Shown here: piece by piece, positions 23,691 to 36,942 of the stretch
Numbering within the stretch: position 1 is the first letter of the stretch
Layout of the letters: every line of letters begins with the position of its first letter
Source: Octopus vulgaris
Lineage: Eukaryota
DNA length: 64,000 bases
NCBI GenBank assembly: GCA_951406725.2
Contig: OX597830.1
Span: 42,036,001-42,100,000 of the forward strand
Reading direction: 5' to 3'
Notes under the pieces: generated by a model
Database searches by the model: none
What the model was told of the DNA's origin: nothing
What the model saw: the letters and a program-made list of their open reading frames with translations, nothing else
Program-made: the position numbers and the translations under genes

Positions 23691-24603
23691 TCCCCCTGTG
23701 TGTACACACACATACATTACAATTATACATACATATACAGGTGTGTGTGTGTGTGTGTAGGTGTAATTCGGTCACCTGCCTTTAATGGATGAGATTTATT
23801 ATCAAGATAACTTAATTTAGTGAAATACTAAATGACCATTCCTGTCAATTAATATTGTATGAGTCATAATTGCATTGATAGAGCATCTTTCCTGTATGTA
23901 TACATTTGTTTTCTCTCTCTCACATATGCACACACCACATGCCTGAATGCAGTCACTCAGATCATTCTTTGAGAACATCTGTGGTTATCTGACCTGCTAG
24001 AAACATCAGCTAAATCTCCTGCAAATCACCATCTATCATCTGCAGTTCTAAATACATATCTGGAAGGAGGAAGATGGAATAATCACAACTGGGACCCTTT
24101 TTCACCATAGATCTGCAGGATATAGGCTGATGTGAGGTTAAACAATATCCCAGGATATTGTTACAATATGAACCAACAAAGGGAGCCTAAATCAGGTTGC
24201 TGTGATCTGCAACAAATAGCAACCAAATCTCTCCTACATCCCACTTTATTGTCTTAAAAAAGAAAAAAAAGAATGGAATGATACTTTGAATGATTTAGCT
24301 CAAGCTACAATATATTTCATGGTGGCTGGGAAACTAACCTGGAGTAACAACAACAGCAACAAAACTGTACAATTTTGTTACAATCATTACTTTTTGAGCA
24401 TTTCTGTACAGAGTTTATCTTGTAATCTGACTACAAAACAGGAATGGAGAACAGGCAGGCATAAACACACAAGTTCTTTGAGAACATAATTTCAGAGTGT
24501 TGAATATGAAGAATACCAGCACTTTGTAACCAACTCCAGATAATTTATTTTCTTACCTATCTCCTAGGACAAACAAACAAACACACACACACACACACAC
24601 AGC

Positions 24604-25028
24604 TATGCCAACTTGCTGAGGCAGTTATGAAAGGCTACCAAGATCAAACACCTAGGAAAACTGATGAAAGGGGTCTTGCTTCATTAGGACAATGCCCCAG
24701 CACGCAAGTTCTTAGTTTCAATGGCAGCTGTGTGTAAACTGGCTGATCCCCTCCCTATTTATTCTCCTGATTTGGCCCCCATTTGACAATCATTTGTTCC
24801 CCCAACATGAAAAAACACTTGGCTGGGAACCAGTATCACAGAGATGATGACATCATATTTATTGTTGTTGAATTTTTTGACCAACAGGATGAAAGCTTCA
24901 CAAGCACTGCAACACCGATGGAGGAAGTGTGTGGACTGCAAGGGGGACGGTGTTGAAAAATAAACCTCATTTGGTCACATTCCATGAGAATATCTCGGTC
25001 AGCCTATGAACTTTTCAGCTAACCCTTG
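24604..25028 (+). pseudogene. mariner (DD34D-type) transposase C-terminal relic with right TIR
   Basis: YANLLRQL*K...GVLLH*DNAPA, YSPDLAP.DNHLFPNMKKHLAG, LQHRWRKCVDCKGDGVEK* (stop 24961). TIR GAACTTTTCAGCTAACCCT. Confidence 0.9.
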
Positions 25029-25559
25029 CACACACACACACGTGTGTGTGTGTGTGTGTGTAATCATCATTTTAATGTCCACTGTCCTATGCTTGCATGG
25101 GTCATACATGAGCTATAATTTTTACAGCTGGATGCTTATCCTGTTGCCAACCTGTACCAGTTTCCAAGCAAGATAAGATTTCCCCATAGCCAAACATGAT
25201 TTTGCAGAATATTGGAAAAGATGATATTCTTTTGCAAGAATTACGCAATGTCATGAGGAGACACTGACACACACATGTATGCATATGAACACACACATAC
25301 AAAACAGGCTTCTCTAAGTTTCCTTCTAGCAAATCCACTCACAAATCCAGGGCTATAGTAGAAGATACTTGGTGAAGGTGCCATGTTGGACTGAACCCAG
25401 AACCAGGTCGTTGGAAAGCAAAGTTCTTAACCACAAGCCAAACCAAGCCTGAGTGAGTGTGTGTGTGTGTGCATGTATGTGTGTTGAATTTCACTTAACT
25501 GAAACTACTGGTTGAATTATAAAATAAAACTCCAGCTAAATGCTTTTAAAAATCTAAAA

Positions 25560-25590
<31 letters not shown>

Positions 25591-25596
<6 letters not shown>

Positions 25597-25828
25597 CAAA
25601 ATGGGACAAGAACACAAAACATCCGGACAACTAGGTGATACAAAAATGGGACAACAAATCATCTAGATAGATGATACAAAGAAAACAAGGATGGGTCATT
25701 TGACGTTTTCTATCTTCAGTCAAGAACCAGATTATCCTCGCAATTTCGGCTATATATACTAATACAATTGTTTGTTTGTTTCCCACCTGCCTTCGTCTTT
25801 TGTCTATTTTCATAAAGCTTCCCGTTAT
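25591..25828. mobile_element. element flanked by (TA)n, possibly Penelope-like terminal fragments
   Basis: (TA)n on both sides, internal duplication TACAAAA(A)TGGGACAA, retained CpGs, and AGCCGAAA on the minus strand. Confidence 0.4.
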
Positions 25829-26463
25829 ATATATATATACATATACATACATCACTTCTAGCCAACTGAGGTGAAAATGTGTTGATGAGACTTAACAAGA
25901 CTGAAACATGTCTGTTGCTTTCATCAGTTTGTTTTCAAGGCAAGATCCATTCCTGATTACTGTGTTTATATTTTCCAAAAATATCATTTAGCTGGTACAG
26001 TTGGAATTGCCAACGCTCAATTTTTTTTTTAGATTTTTAAAGGTATCTAGCTAGAGGGACACACACATACGTACATACACACATACATATATACTATGTG
26101 TATGTACCCTAGACACATACACCCATCCATCCATGCACATAAGTGAGCTTCTATTTTACATTGGTATATATATATATATATATTATATTAATTACACATG
26201 CACAAACATATCTATCTGTTTAAATATATATGTATGTATATATACACACACATTGTTTTGGGAACATTGAAACTTGTAGCTATAATAGCCTGCAAATATT
26301 GGGCCAAAAACACCTTTTGGATAGAAAAGGTAAAAATGTGGCTGTCAACAATGTGAGTGTGTACGTGTACATATGTATGTACAATTGGAACAACTTCCAA
26401 AAGCAATGAAGTCAAGAGAAGCAGGTCTTTAAAATGAAACTAGAGGTTTAAATAGTATAACTC

Positions 26464-26466
<3 letters not shown>

Positions 26467-26555
<89 letters not shown>
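26467..26555. repeat. (GA)n microsatellite, ~44 units
   Basis: Directly visible. Confidence 0.98.
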
Positions 26556-26557
<2 letters not shown>

Positions 26558-26875
26558 CACATAAGAGCAAGAAGGTGGTGGTGGGTAAATCTGAAAACAA
26601 GTTTAACATCTCAAAGTCAGATTAGAAAATCAAGACATGAAGAGAATTCCATATTGGGAGATAACTCCAAGAAGAAATTTCTTTTGAAAAGGAAAGGAAA
26701 CGGAGAACAAAGTAAAACAGAGCTTATGGAATAGAAAAGAAGGAAAAAAAAGAAAGTGTGACAGCAAAGATGATGGTTTGTTTCCAACAACGAAAAAAAG
26801 CATCAGTTGAGTTGAACTGTTGAAGAGCAAACAGTGGATGGCCAGAGCCAGCAAAGGAATAAGAATTAATAATAC

Positions 26876-27592
26876 ATTTCAAATTGTTGCACAAGGCCAG
26901 CAATTTTGAAGGGAGAGGCAAATTGATTACATTGACCCCTGTACTTAACTGGTACTTTATTGTATTGACCCCTGAAAAGATGAATAGCAAAGCCAACCTT
27001 GGTAGGATTTGAACTTGAGTTGGAAGAAAATGAGGCTAAGCATTTCCTCTGGAGTTCTAATGACTCCTCCAGCTCATTGCCTCAATAATAATAATAATAA
27101 TAATAATAGTAATCCTTTCTACTGGAGGCACAAGGCCTGAAATTTGTAGGGAGGGGACTAGTTGATTACATCAACCCTAGTGTTTCACTGGTACTTAATT
27201 TATCAACCCCAAAAGGATGAATGGCAAAGTCGATCTCAGTGGAATTTGAACTCAGAATATAATTATATAATAATAATAATAATAATAGTTTCAAATTTTG
27301 CCACAAGGGCAGCAATTTTAGGAGAGAGGATGAGTCAATTACATCGACCCCCAGTGTTCAACTGGTACTTATTCTATTGATCCCAAAAAGGATGAAAGGC
27401 AAAGTTGGCCTTGGCAGAATTTGAACTCAAAATGCAAGGATGGGTGATATACTGTGAAGCATCTTGCATGGCATGCTAATGATTCTGGCAGCTCACTGCC
27501 TTAATAACAACAATAATATTCCTTTCTACTAAAGGTACAAGGCCTGAAGATTTCATTGCCCCCCCCCTCCCAGTGCACAACTGGTACTTATT
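26876..27592 (-). mobile_element. head-to-tail array of four SINE family B copies with (AAT)n spacers
   Basis: (C/T)ACAAGG(C/G)C signature at about 26890, 27128, 27301 and 27535. Confidence 0.85.
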
Positions 27593-27824
27593 ATGAATAC
27601 CAGAGGTACTTGGAGTTAACCTTGCAATAGACAAGCATTCCATTCAAAAATGTGTGTATAGAAGGGATCTTGTATGCTCAACCTAGAAAATGCCTTGAAA
27701 AATCCATATAAGCCCAAAGCAGATATATATATATATATATGTATATAAGAGAAAAAAAACTATCAAGAAGAATGGCCCCTAAGGCCAATAAAGGAACTCC
27801 ATAGATCTACCAAGAGTAAATGCT

Positions 27825-28142
27825 CCCACATTTAAATGCACGTAAAAAGCACCATTCGAACGTGGCTGATGCCAGCACCGCCTGACTGGCGTCTGTGTCG
27901 GCGACACATAAAAACCACCAACCAATCGTGGCCGTTTGCCAGCCTCTTCTGGCCCCTGTGCTGATGGCATGTAAAAAGCACCCACTACACTCACAGAGTG
28001 GTTGGCATTAGGAAGGGCATACGGCTGTGGAAACACTGCCAGATCAGACTGGAGCCTGGCGCAGCCTCCTGGCTTTCCAGACCCCAGTCGAACAATCCAA
28101 CCCATGCTAGCATGGAAAACGGATGTTAAACGATGATGATGA
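27825..28142 (+). mobile_element. SINE family D, well preserved, with internal repeats
   Basis: Repeated GTAAAAAGCACC units, then GGCATTAGGAAGGGCAT...CCCATGCTAGCATGGAAAACGGATGTTAAACGATGATGAT. Confidence 0.85.
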
Positions 28143-28276
28143 CAGTACTACATTCCCTTGCTGGACAAACCTAGTGGACAGTATTACCAAAATAGACCTA
28201 CCAGTTGATTTATGGGCAGAAAAAATCTGAAGCAAGGCATGATGATTAGGATGGAGCTACTTGCATTCACCATATC

Positions 28277-28670
28277 ACAGGCTGTGTGGTAAGATGCTTG
28301 CTTCCCACCCATATGGATCTGAGTTCAGTTCCACTGCTTGGTACCTTGAGTAAGTGTCGTCTACTATAGACCTGAGCTGACCAAACCCTTGAGAAAGGAT
28401 TTTGTAGATAGAAACTGAAAGAAGCCCACTGTATACATGTGTGTATTTAGATTTGTTTCTTTGTTTTTGTCCACAGCACCACTTGACAACTGACATTGGT
28501 TTGCATATATCCTTGTAACTTAGTGGTTTAGCAAAACAGACCAGAAGAATAAATATCATACCTAATTTAAAAAAAAAAAACAACAAGTTCTGGGGTTGTT
28601 TTATTTGACTAAAAACCTTTCAAGATGGTGTCCCAACATGTCCACCGTAACATGTCCACTGAAACAAATA
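28277..28670 (+). mobile_element. SINE family A, full length
   Basis: GGCTGTGTGGTAAGATGCTTGCTTCCC...GAGTTCAGTTCC...CTGAAACAAATAAAA. Confidence 0.85.
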
Positions 28671-29134
28671 AAATAAATTTTTTTAAATAGATTTATCTTT
28701 CAGTGATAACATAATTTTCAGCCCATTTCTGGGTGTAAATGGCCACCCTGCTCAAAACTTCATTCTAGTTCTTACCCACCTGGGCACCAGAACTGAACCA
28801 ACGCAGAGCAGCTTAAACACACTAAATCTGACACTGATTGTATCTCACTGCTGTTTGCACAATACTCTGCAACTCCTGCCACGATGTAGGCACAAAATCT
28901 CCCCCACTAACTCTACCTGCTCTGAACAGCTGGGAAATGCACTACTAGGAAACTGTACAGATCAACCTGGAACCAAGTACTAGGCACTCGTCCCAGAGTT
29001 CCAAAATCCGAAATGGGGTTCTATTACTATGGGCATTCTTGCCGCTGGTACAACGATCCCAATAATAAAGATTTCTTTAATGTTACCATAAGAGAGACAT
29101 TTATAGGACAAGACAAAAAAAAAAAAAAAACCCT

Positions 29135-29425
29135 TCCATTTGAATGGATTCTGTAGATGGAAACTGAAAGAAGCCCGTCGTATGTATATCTAAATATCTA
29201 TATGTGCGTGCGTCTGTCTGTGTTAGTCCCACACCACCGCCTGACAACCGGTGTTGGCTTGTTTACATACATGTAAAATATGAGGTTCGGCAAAAAGAGA
29301 CCGATAGAATAAGTACAAGCCTTAATAAAAATGAGTACTGGGGAGGAGGGGGCGGTCTAGACTAAACACTTCAAGGCGGTGCCCCAGCTTGGCCGCAGCT
29401 CAATGCCTGAAACAACTTAAATAAA
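29135..29425 (+). mobile_element. SINE family A 3' two-thirds with CpGs retained
   Basis: AAGCCCGTCGTAT...ACCGCCTGACAACCGGTG...GTTCGGCAAAAAGAGACCGATAG...AAGGCGGTGCCCCAGCTTGGCCGCAG. Confidence 0.85.
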
Positions 29426-30238
29426 AGTAACGGAATATATAGTGTAGAAAATATATGACAGGAGAGGGCCATTCTATTTGGTCGAGGACCATTCTGACTG
29501 CCAGCAAATCGGTCGCAATGCCTTTCCTAATCACTTCTTTTAATCTACACACATTAACTCCCCCTCTAATCTATTTTTCTCTGCCACTACCACTTTACAA
29601 AATCCAGTCGCTTCTCCTCAAATCACCATCTTTCAGAACGACCCACCACCGGTTGTTGACGATCACCTCCCCAGTTTGAAAAAAAAAAAAAAAAAGTTAA
29701 TCTAAGGCGACCAAGTGAGGATTGTTGCAGATAAATTAGGTCAGGCTCATTTTATTTCCTTTTCTACTCTTTATAATTCTCACCATAGCAATAGCTTGCC
29801 GAGCGAACAGCCGGCCGCTTCATTCTCTTTAACAATGACAAACAAGGCAGCAGTAATTGCAGCAGCAGTAGCAGTAGAAGCCGGAAAACTGGAAGATAGA
29901 TATGGTGTCAGTAACAGAAGCAGGGAAGATAGAATGATATTACGATGAGAGAGAGAAAGGGAGAAACAAGATAAATGATTTGACAAAGAAAGGAGAGAGA
30001 GGGGGGGGGAGAGAAGGCGAGAGAGAACGTGTGTGTACATATACACGCGCGCACACGCACATAAATTGTTAGGGCTGTCAGTGCAGACTGGATATGGATC
30101 TAACCTCATTCGTGTGTATGGAAGTGTGTTGAGCTGTGACAGGCAAGTCACTGGCCACTACATCACATCACACCACAACACAATATTATATATAATACAA
30201 AGACAGACTAACACAAAAATACGGCGCAACCAGATCAT

Positions 30239-30274
<36 letters not shown>

Positions 30275-31488
30275 GTATGTATGTATATCACGTATAGACA
30301 CATACACTTCCTTTTGCTTATTCAAGACTTCGCCCGTCCTGCTTGACATAAAAAAAAAGTGCTTTTTAGCTGTTGATAACGCTTGGCCCACAGAAACAAG
30401 TTGGTTGACATCTAGTGCATTTCTAAATATAACATTTTTTTCTCTTTCTCTTTCAATTAAACGCTTTCAAAGGATTTATAGATTATCAAAATACGAAATG
30501 GTATTTATTTTTACAGGCTTAAGGGAAGCGTAACTGACAAAGAAAAATATTTTAAAAAGCGGATATACAAAAATATATACTTTTTTAGAAACCAATAAAA
30601 TTGGATCAGAGCAAAGCAAGAAAATTTAATATGAGAGCAGGTGTTAATGTAGTTAATTCGCTCTTAAAACAAAGAAGTGTGTGAAAAGTGACATCAATGC
30701 ATCGGACTAAACAAACTGCTGGCCGCATTTAATTTCCTCAGTTGTTAATTCATATCTAGCTAAGCTAGATTATATAATTTCATTCACAGCAGAGAAATAT
30801 TATAGGAATGTGAAGTAGCAGTATTTCACTGGTGTTTATTTTATCGAGCTAAAAAATAACGAAAGTCAAAAGCTAAAAATATATATATATAACCGGCGAG
30901 ATTTGAACTCGGAACGTAAAAGGCTGTAAACTAACTAAATTACCGCACGCACCAACCACAGCATTTTGTCCGGTGATCCAACATCTGTCGATCCGCTGTC
31001 TACAGGTCAACTGTCTTTAGCCACAACACCCGGACTCTCCAGATAAATGAATAAATACCAGACATATACTAGGGTCCGATCTGATCTTTCTAACAAGTTA
31101 CTGCCGAGTCCTTTTACTAAAATTACATCTTTTTTTAAAGAAAAAAGTAATCAGATCGAGCTAGTTTCGTTTCCCAACTCAAGTTATTAGGGAAGTTGGA
31201 ACTTCAAACATGCACATATAAACATAAATACACACACGCGCAATTGCGATGTGAAGAAGTTTAGGGAAAAGGTCTTGAAAAACAAAATGAAATCGGTTTG
31301 AATGCGAGCATCTTTTTAATTTATCAATCAATCAATCTATCTATATATAAACAGAGACTACAGTTGTTTTTCAGATGATACGAAAACTACTACCCCTGAT
31401 ACTTAGAAGTAGCTTACACTTGCATGTATTAGTGGATTGACAATGTCACCAGTTCCACTGCCTTCCTGCCTATTGTAAATGAAAACTC

Positions 31489-31523
<35 letters not shown>

Positions 31524-31765
31524 CTCCCGATAAAAATAAAAATTAAGCAATTTCAGATTTTTAATGCAACCCAACAGCAGATGACAACTTTGTGTAACAC
31601 ACACACACAGACGCAATTAAACAATTGTAACTGAATGTCTTCAAGCAAAAGAAAGCGAAAATAATCAAATTTATTTACTAATTTAGATTGATTTTTAAAG
31701 AATAAATTCTAAGTGTTATTTACCTGAAAACTAGGGGGAGGGGGATGTATGTTTATGTAAGTATG

Positions 31766-31800
<35 letters not shown>

Positions 31801-32101
31801 CATCTAAACATCGAAGAAAGCAAGTGCGCCTGCCTCTTTTTTTTTTTAAGTTGCTTCGAGGTTTTAATGTAGCCTTAGCTTTTGTTAGAATATAGAAGAT
31901 ATAAATAATTTCATCGATATATTTAATTTCACAGGCATTCGCAACAACCAGAGAAAATTTGGTGATTAACCAATGAAAATTATCTCAGCCGGATAGATTT
32001 GGAGATGGTAGCATCTAAAGTTCATGACTCATAATGGCATATTTAATTGTATTTCATTAGATCATTCGTTTGGCTTGCATTTGGGAAGTTAGTAAAACAA
32101 G

Positions 32102-32160
<59 letters not shown>

Positions 32161-32651
32161 TAACTACTGACTAGCAGGCTGCTGGTTGAGGAGGAACGGT
32201 GAGAGAGAGAGAGAGATGTAAAAAGTTTAATGTGACTTGTGTTCATTAAGATATATTAAACCAAGAGTAGAGGAAATTAGGTTGAGAGCAAGAAACAAAT
32301 ATCATGCAAGCAAAATAGCACATCTAAATTATATGTCGAACTGCTAGAAAAGAAATGTGTGCGTGTGTGTGTGTTTTCTTTATAGATAGGAAGCAATAAG
32401 AGGCAAAGAGCAAGACTTCAACAACAAAACCTGTACGTTTAAATTGTTATATGCAGATATATTTTTTTTTAAATAGTGATAACAAAGACTTTAGGCTCAA
32501 TCTCCTACATAAAGGAGTCTTGCGTGTAAAAATAAAAAGAAAAACGGGTTTTCTTCCGCGATACCCCGGCAATATCTTACATTGATAAGTCACGGTTCGA
32601 CCGAACGTGTGCTATTATAAATGTAAACAACATAGGGTTAGTTAAATAAAC

Positions 32652-32698
<47 letters not shown>

Positions 32699-34710
32699 AT
32701 AAATATACAAACAATGTATATATAGATTGCCTCTCGAGGCAATTAAATACCAAGACACTTTTGAGACATTTTTGCTCCCTTTCTTATGATTTGCTATGTA
32801 TTCACAACTGGTCACCATGTAAATAAAACTCAACAAAGCTGCACGTGTGTGTGTTTGCGCGCGCACATGTTTGTGTGTGTGTGTGTGTGTGTGGTTGTAG
32901 TAAGGTTGAAACTGACAATAGGAAAACGACACATCATAGTACGTACACATACATACAGATCAAATATGAACGTCTATCTTTAAAGTAATACAAACATACA
33001 TACAGCTCCAAGTAAAACTAGAGGAAGATGTCCCTACCTGGAATATGAAGAAACATTAGGGAAATGTCTTGATGAACGGATAAGTTACAGTCCGTACTTC
33101 ATCGACGTTTCGTCCTCGATTTATTTTCTGATCAGGAGAAGAAGAAAAAAGAGATATCGAACCCATGTAAAAATCCTTCGAGATCAAAGTTTTGTGAAGT
33201 TAAAATATATTGTTGAGTTTCTCCTGTAAAGTTTGTTGTGTAAACTAGTGGATGGAAGTTTCGAAGTGAGACAGCGCTGCTGCTGTGAGAGAACAAAGTT
33301 CGGATAAGGTTCTTTTCCCCTTTCCTTTTCTTTTCTTTTTTTTTTTTAAAGTATGGATTACGAGAGAAAGAAGAAAACTGATGATGAAGAAGGAAAGAAG
33401 ACTATTTTGACAATGAGAAATCTCTGCAAGTGATGACGATACTGAGTTGGATGGAGTAGGATGATATTTAAAAAAGCACAGATTGTGGAAGTTGATAGCA
33501 GAGAAAAGAAGAGGAAAGTATCTTAGCGGAGTTTTCGAAAAGAAAATACTATGAAAAAAAACAAACAATAACTAGACTGTTCTCTCTCTCTCTCTCTCTT
33601 TTTTTTTTTTTATATCTGAATGATTTTATGGTCTGTAGCTTCGAGTTTCAAGTAAATTAAGACAGGCAAAAAAAAAAAAAAAGTCAACAAACAAAACTTT
33701 ATAAATCTATCTGACTGTTCTCTCGTCTGTAGAGTAGGAAATATTCTAATTGTATTAATTGTTAATACACGTAGACATAACAATAGTAACTAGTATTAAC
33801 TGATGTTAACTACTAACATATAAACAATAAAAATAGCAACGAAAATTTAAATTTATGATTTTACATAAAAGTCAATTTTCGTTAAGACGCATATAATAAA
33901 CATTTGCAACCTTATTAAAACAGACATAATTATATAAAAGAGGAGAGAGAAAAAAAAAGACGATTGTATATCAGAATGAAAAATAATACTGTGTTTTATT
34001 ATTTACTGCAGCTAAGTAATTTCTACAATTTATGGAAAATAAAAACTCTTTCTCTTTATCTCTCTCTCTCTCTCTAAAAAAAGTGTAAACATTGGGAGTC
34101 TAATTCATTAAAAACAAACACAGAAATAAGAAAAAGAAATTCATAAAGTTTACCTCGTAATTTTTAAACCAAACCCTAGACAGCAAGGAGCGATATAAGT
34201 AAGTCGAATGAGAAAAAATCTTCAAAAAGAAAATCTGATGAAAGATTTAATTTTAGGCCACAGTAGCAAACAATAGATTCATTTCTCCAGATAGCATGAC
34301 ACTAGCAGCATAGGAAATGTTAAAATCAATCAATATAAAATAAACAGCACTAAATACACTAAAACAATAATAGTGATGCTTTTTCGAAAGCTATTAGTTA
34401 TCAGAGACAAGACAAAGAATTAATCTAAACATAATGCTGTATCTTGGCAGTCATGCAAATTATGAAAAATAAATAAATAAATGAAAATACTCGCCAGCAT
34501 TTTGTTTTATTTCTCAGAGAAGATGAAATAAAAGAAAACATTCACACACACACACACACAAAAAGTAAAGAGAATAAATGTATGACTGATCAATAAATAA
34601 AATTATAGAACCACGAACAGAAGAAAACCTTGCCTGGCCTACTAATAAAGCTGTACTAAAATCTATAAAAAGAATTATTATTATTATTATTATTATATAT
34701 ATATATATTT

Positions 34711-35079
34711 CGTGGCACTCCGTCGGTTACGACGACGAAGGTTCCAGTTAACCCGATCAACGAAACAGCCTGCTTGTGAAGTTAAACGTGCAAGTGGCTG
34801 AGCACTCCACAGTCATGTGTACCCTTAACGTAGTTCTGGGGGGAAATTCAGCATGACACAGTGTAACAAGGCTAGCTGGCCCTTTGAAATACAGGTGAAA
34901 CAGGAAGAGTGAGAGAAAGTTGTGGTGGAAGGGTACAGCAGGGTTCGCCACTACCCCCTGCCGGAGCCTCGTTGGGCTTTAGGTGTTTTCGCTCAATAAA
35001 CACTCACAGCGCTCGTTCTGGGAATTGAAACTTCTATCCTACGACCGCGAGTCCGTTGCCCTAACCACTGGGCCATTGC
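34711..35079 (-). mobile_element. tRNA-derived SINE family C, near full length
   Basis: Minus-strand head GCAATGGCCCAGTGGTTAGGGCAACGGACTCGCGGTCG...GTTTCAATTCCC and tail TCGTCGTAACCGACGGAGTGCCACG. Confidence 0.88.
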
Positions 35080-36769
35080 TATATATATATATATATATAT
35101 ATACACACAAGCCTTTCAATAAGTAACAGTCAAAATTACAGCAGAAATTTCATTGAAAACCTGCTATCTAATTCCTTGGCCATCCTTCTTCCTTCAATAT
35201 ATTTGAGAAAGGAAAAGCACACCACCACTATTTTAGCAATTACAATATTAATATTTCTTTTCAAACTGAAGCAATAATTATATTTATTTTGCCACTAAAA
35301 TTCTTTTTCTTTTTGAAAATTTATGGACGAAAATAGAAAGATGTTAATTTCTTATTACATTTTTTAAAACAAAAAAAAGAAACAACACAAAAACAAAAAT
35401 TCAAACAAAACACTAACGATTCCAATTTGGAATATACTGGAAATAAAGGAGGTTACTGTTGCCAGAAGCAAACATAATGCATCCAAAATACCACACACAC
35501 ACATTTGCACACTTCTCAACCATAGAGCTTGAGAAAGTCTCAACTTGAGACATGACTAGAATTAATAAATATAGACGGACTTAACCACTGAAAAGGCATC
35601 ATTTATTGTCATTGTCAGGTATAGTAACTCAATGATTTCCTTTCTATTATCGAAGACAAAGCTTAAAACAGAGCAGCAACAAGTTGTACTTCTGCTCAAG
35701 ATACGGTTTTCAAGCCCCAGTGACATCGAATCAGTATTTACACACACATACTTTTAATAACAGCTCGAAATATATATATATATATATATATATGGTGTTA
35801 GGTACATGTTAGAAAATGCTATGGATAAGGTTCTTGGTGAACTGAGCCTGGAGTTAAGTTTATGTTCTGCTCTATGGGTTTGCAGGGTAACTGGGTATAA
35901 GCGGCTTCACACAACTGCCCCCAAATCCTGCTGATTCCCACTTTAGAACCAATCTATGTATTTCCTGCTTATCAGACTGTTAAGTCTTTAAGACATTGAT
36001 CTCCCCTCCCCCTCACACACACACCTTCACATACATTTTCTGACAATGACATAAACAAGGTCCAGAAATGAATGTTGCATCATCATCATCATTATCATTG
36101 TCATCATCATCAACTGCCTTCCAAGCTTGCACGGGTTACACTGCCTTGCAGCATACAATTACTTTTCACAATTGTGAGTGAATTTTTCTGAAGACTGACA
36201 TCCCCATATCTCATTTCATCAACATCTCTCTCTCTCTCTCTCTCTTTCAATGAGGGCTTAACTGAATAGAAAAGTGTTTGTCTTCAGTCCTTTAACCCTC
36301 ACTCACTATACAACCTCTTTTGCTATAGCCATCAGACAGAGGAAAATTCCGGTCCTTCCTGGTCAAAGAGGGTGGTAGAGCAATCTTCAAAATGGATTTG
36401 CCCATAACTGGATCTGTTCTATTGCAACTAGTCACAAGTATTGCACCCCTAATTCATGGATCATTTTATTGTTGCTATTTTTTTTGTTTCAGGACAATGC
36501 CCCTGAAGCTCTGCCCAAGCTAAGCCACTGTATGCAACGGCAGTTGTATGACATTACTCAACAAATCAGTAATGCTTGAAAATTGAATGAATGTGCAACA
36601 GCTTCCTTGGTGCGTATATCTTGGACAGGTGTGTCTGATAGCATTACTGTACCTGTAGAGTTTATCTTTTTACCAATAGTCTCTACTAGTACTGTTGGAC
36701 CAAAAGTTTCCTGACCTCTTAGCCACTTAAAACAGACCAACCAGTTCATCTGACAAGAAGAAAAAAATA

Positions 36770-36942
36770 GGCGCAGGAGTGGCTGTTTGGTAAGAAGCTT
36801 GCTTCCCAACCACATGGTTCCGGGTTCTGGGTTCAGTCCCACTGCCTGACACCTTGGGCAAGTGTCTTCCACTATAGCCTCAGGCCGACCAAAGCCTTGT
36901 GAATTAATTTACTAGACAGAAACTAAAAGAAGCCCATCGTAT
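36770..36942 (+). mobile_element. SINE family A 5' half, well preserved
   Basis: GGCGCAGGAGTGGCTGTTTGGTAAGAAGC...GGTTCAGTCCC...CACCTTGGGCAAGTGTCTT (CORE-like box). Confidence 0.88.

Larger units (their letters stand above)
28800..35100. promoter_or_regulatory. CpG-retaining, SINE-poor block; candidate unmethylated promoter / first-exon region
   Basis: CG dinucleotides are visibly more frequent than in the flanks. SINE copies inside keep their CpGs, and few insertions occur in 29.5-34.7 kb. Confidence 0.5.

Noticed and set aside
25029-25060. Perfect (CA)n-CG-(TG)n hairpin
   Set aside because: Juxtaposed microsatellites, which are common in this genome type.
25695-25725. CTGAAGATAGAAAACGTC on the minus strand as a hammerhead
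   Set aside because: There is no room for stem II and no stem I pairing.
33095-33140. Hammerhead-like CTGATCAG...GACGAAACGTC on the minus strand
   Set aside because: The core reads CUGAUCA, and no stem II or stem I can form.
34453-34461. Octamer ATGCAAAT (also at 56451)
   Set aside because: Expected by chance in AT-rich DNA of this length.
34990-35079. tRNA gene (also 37976-38040, 39793-39850, 49170-49240)
   Set aside because: These are SINE heads continuing into repeat bodies, with no complete cloverleaf.
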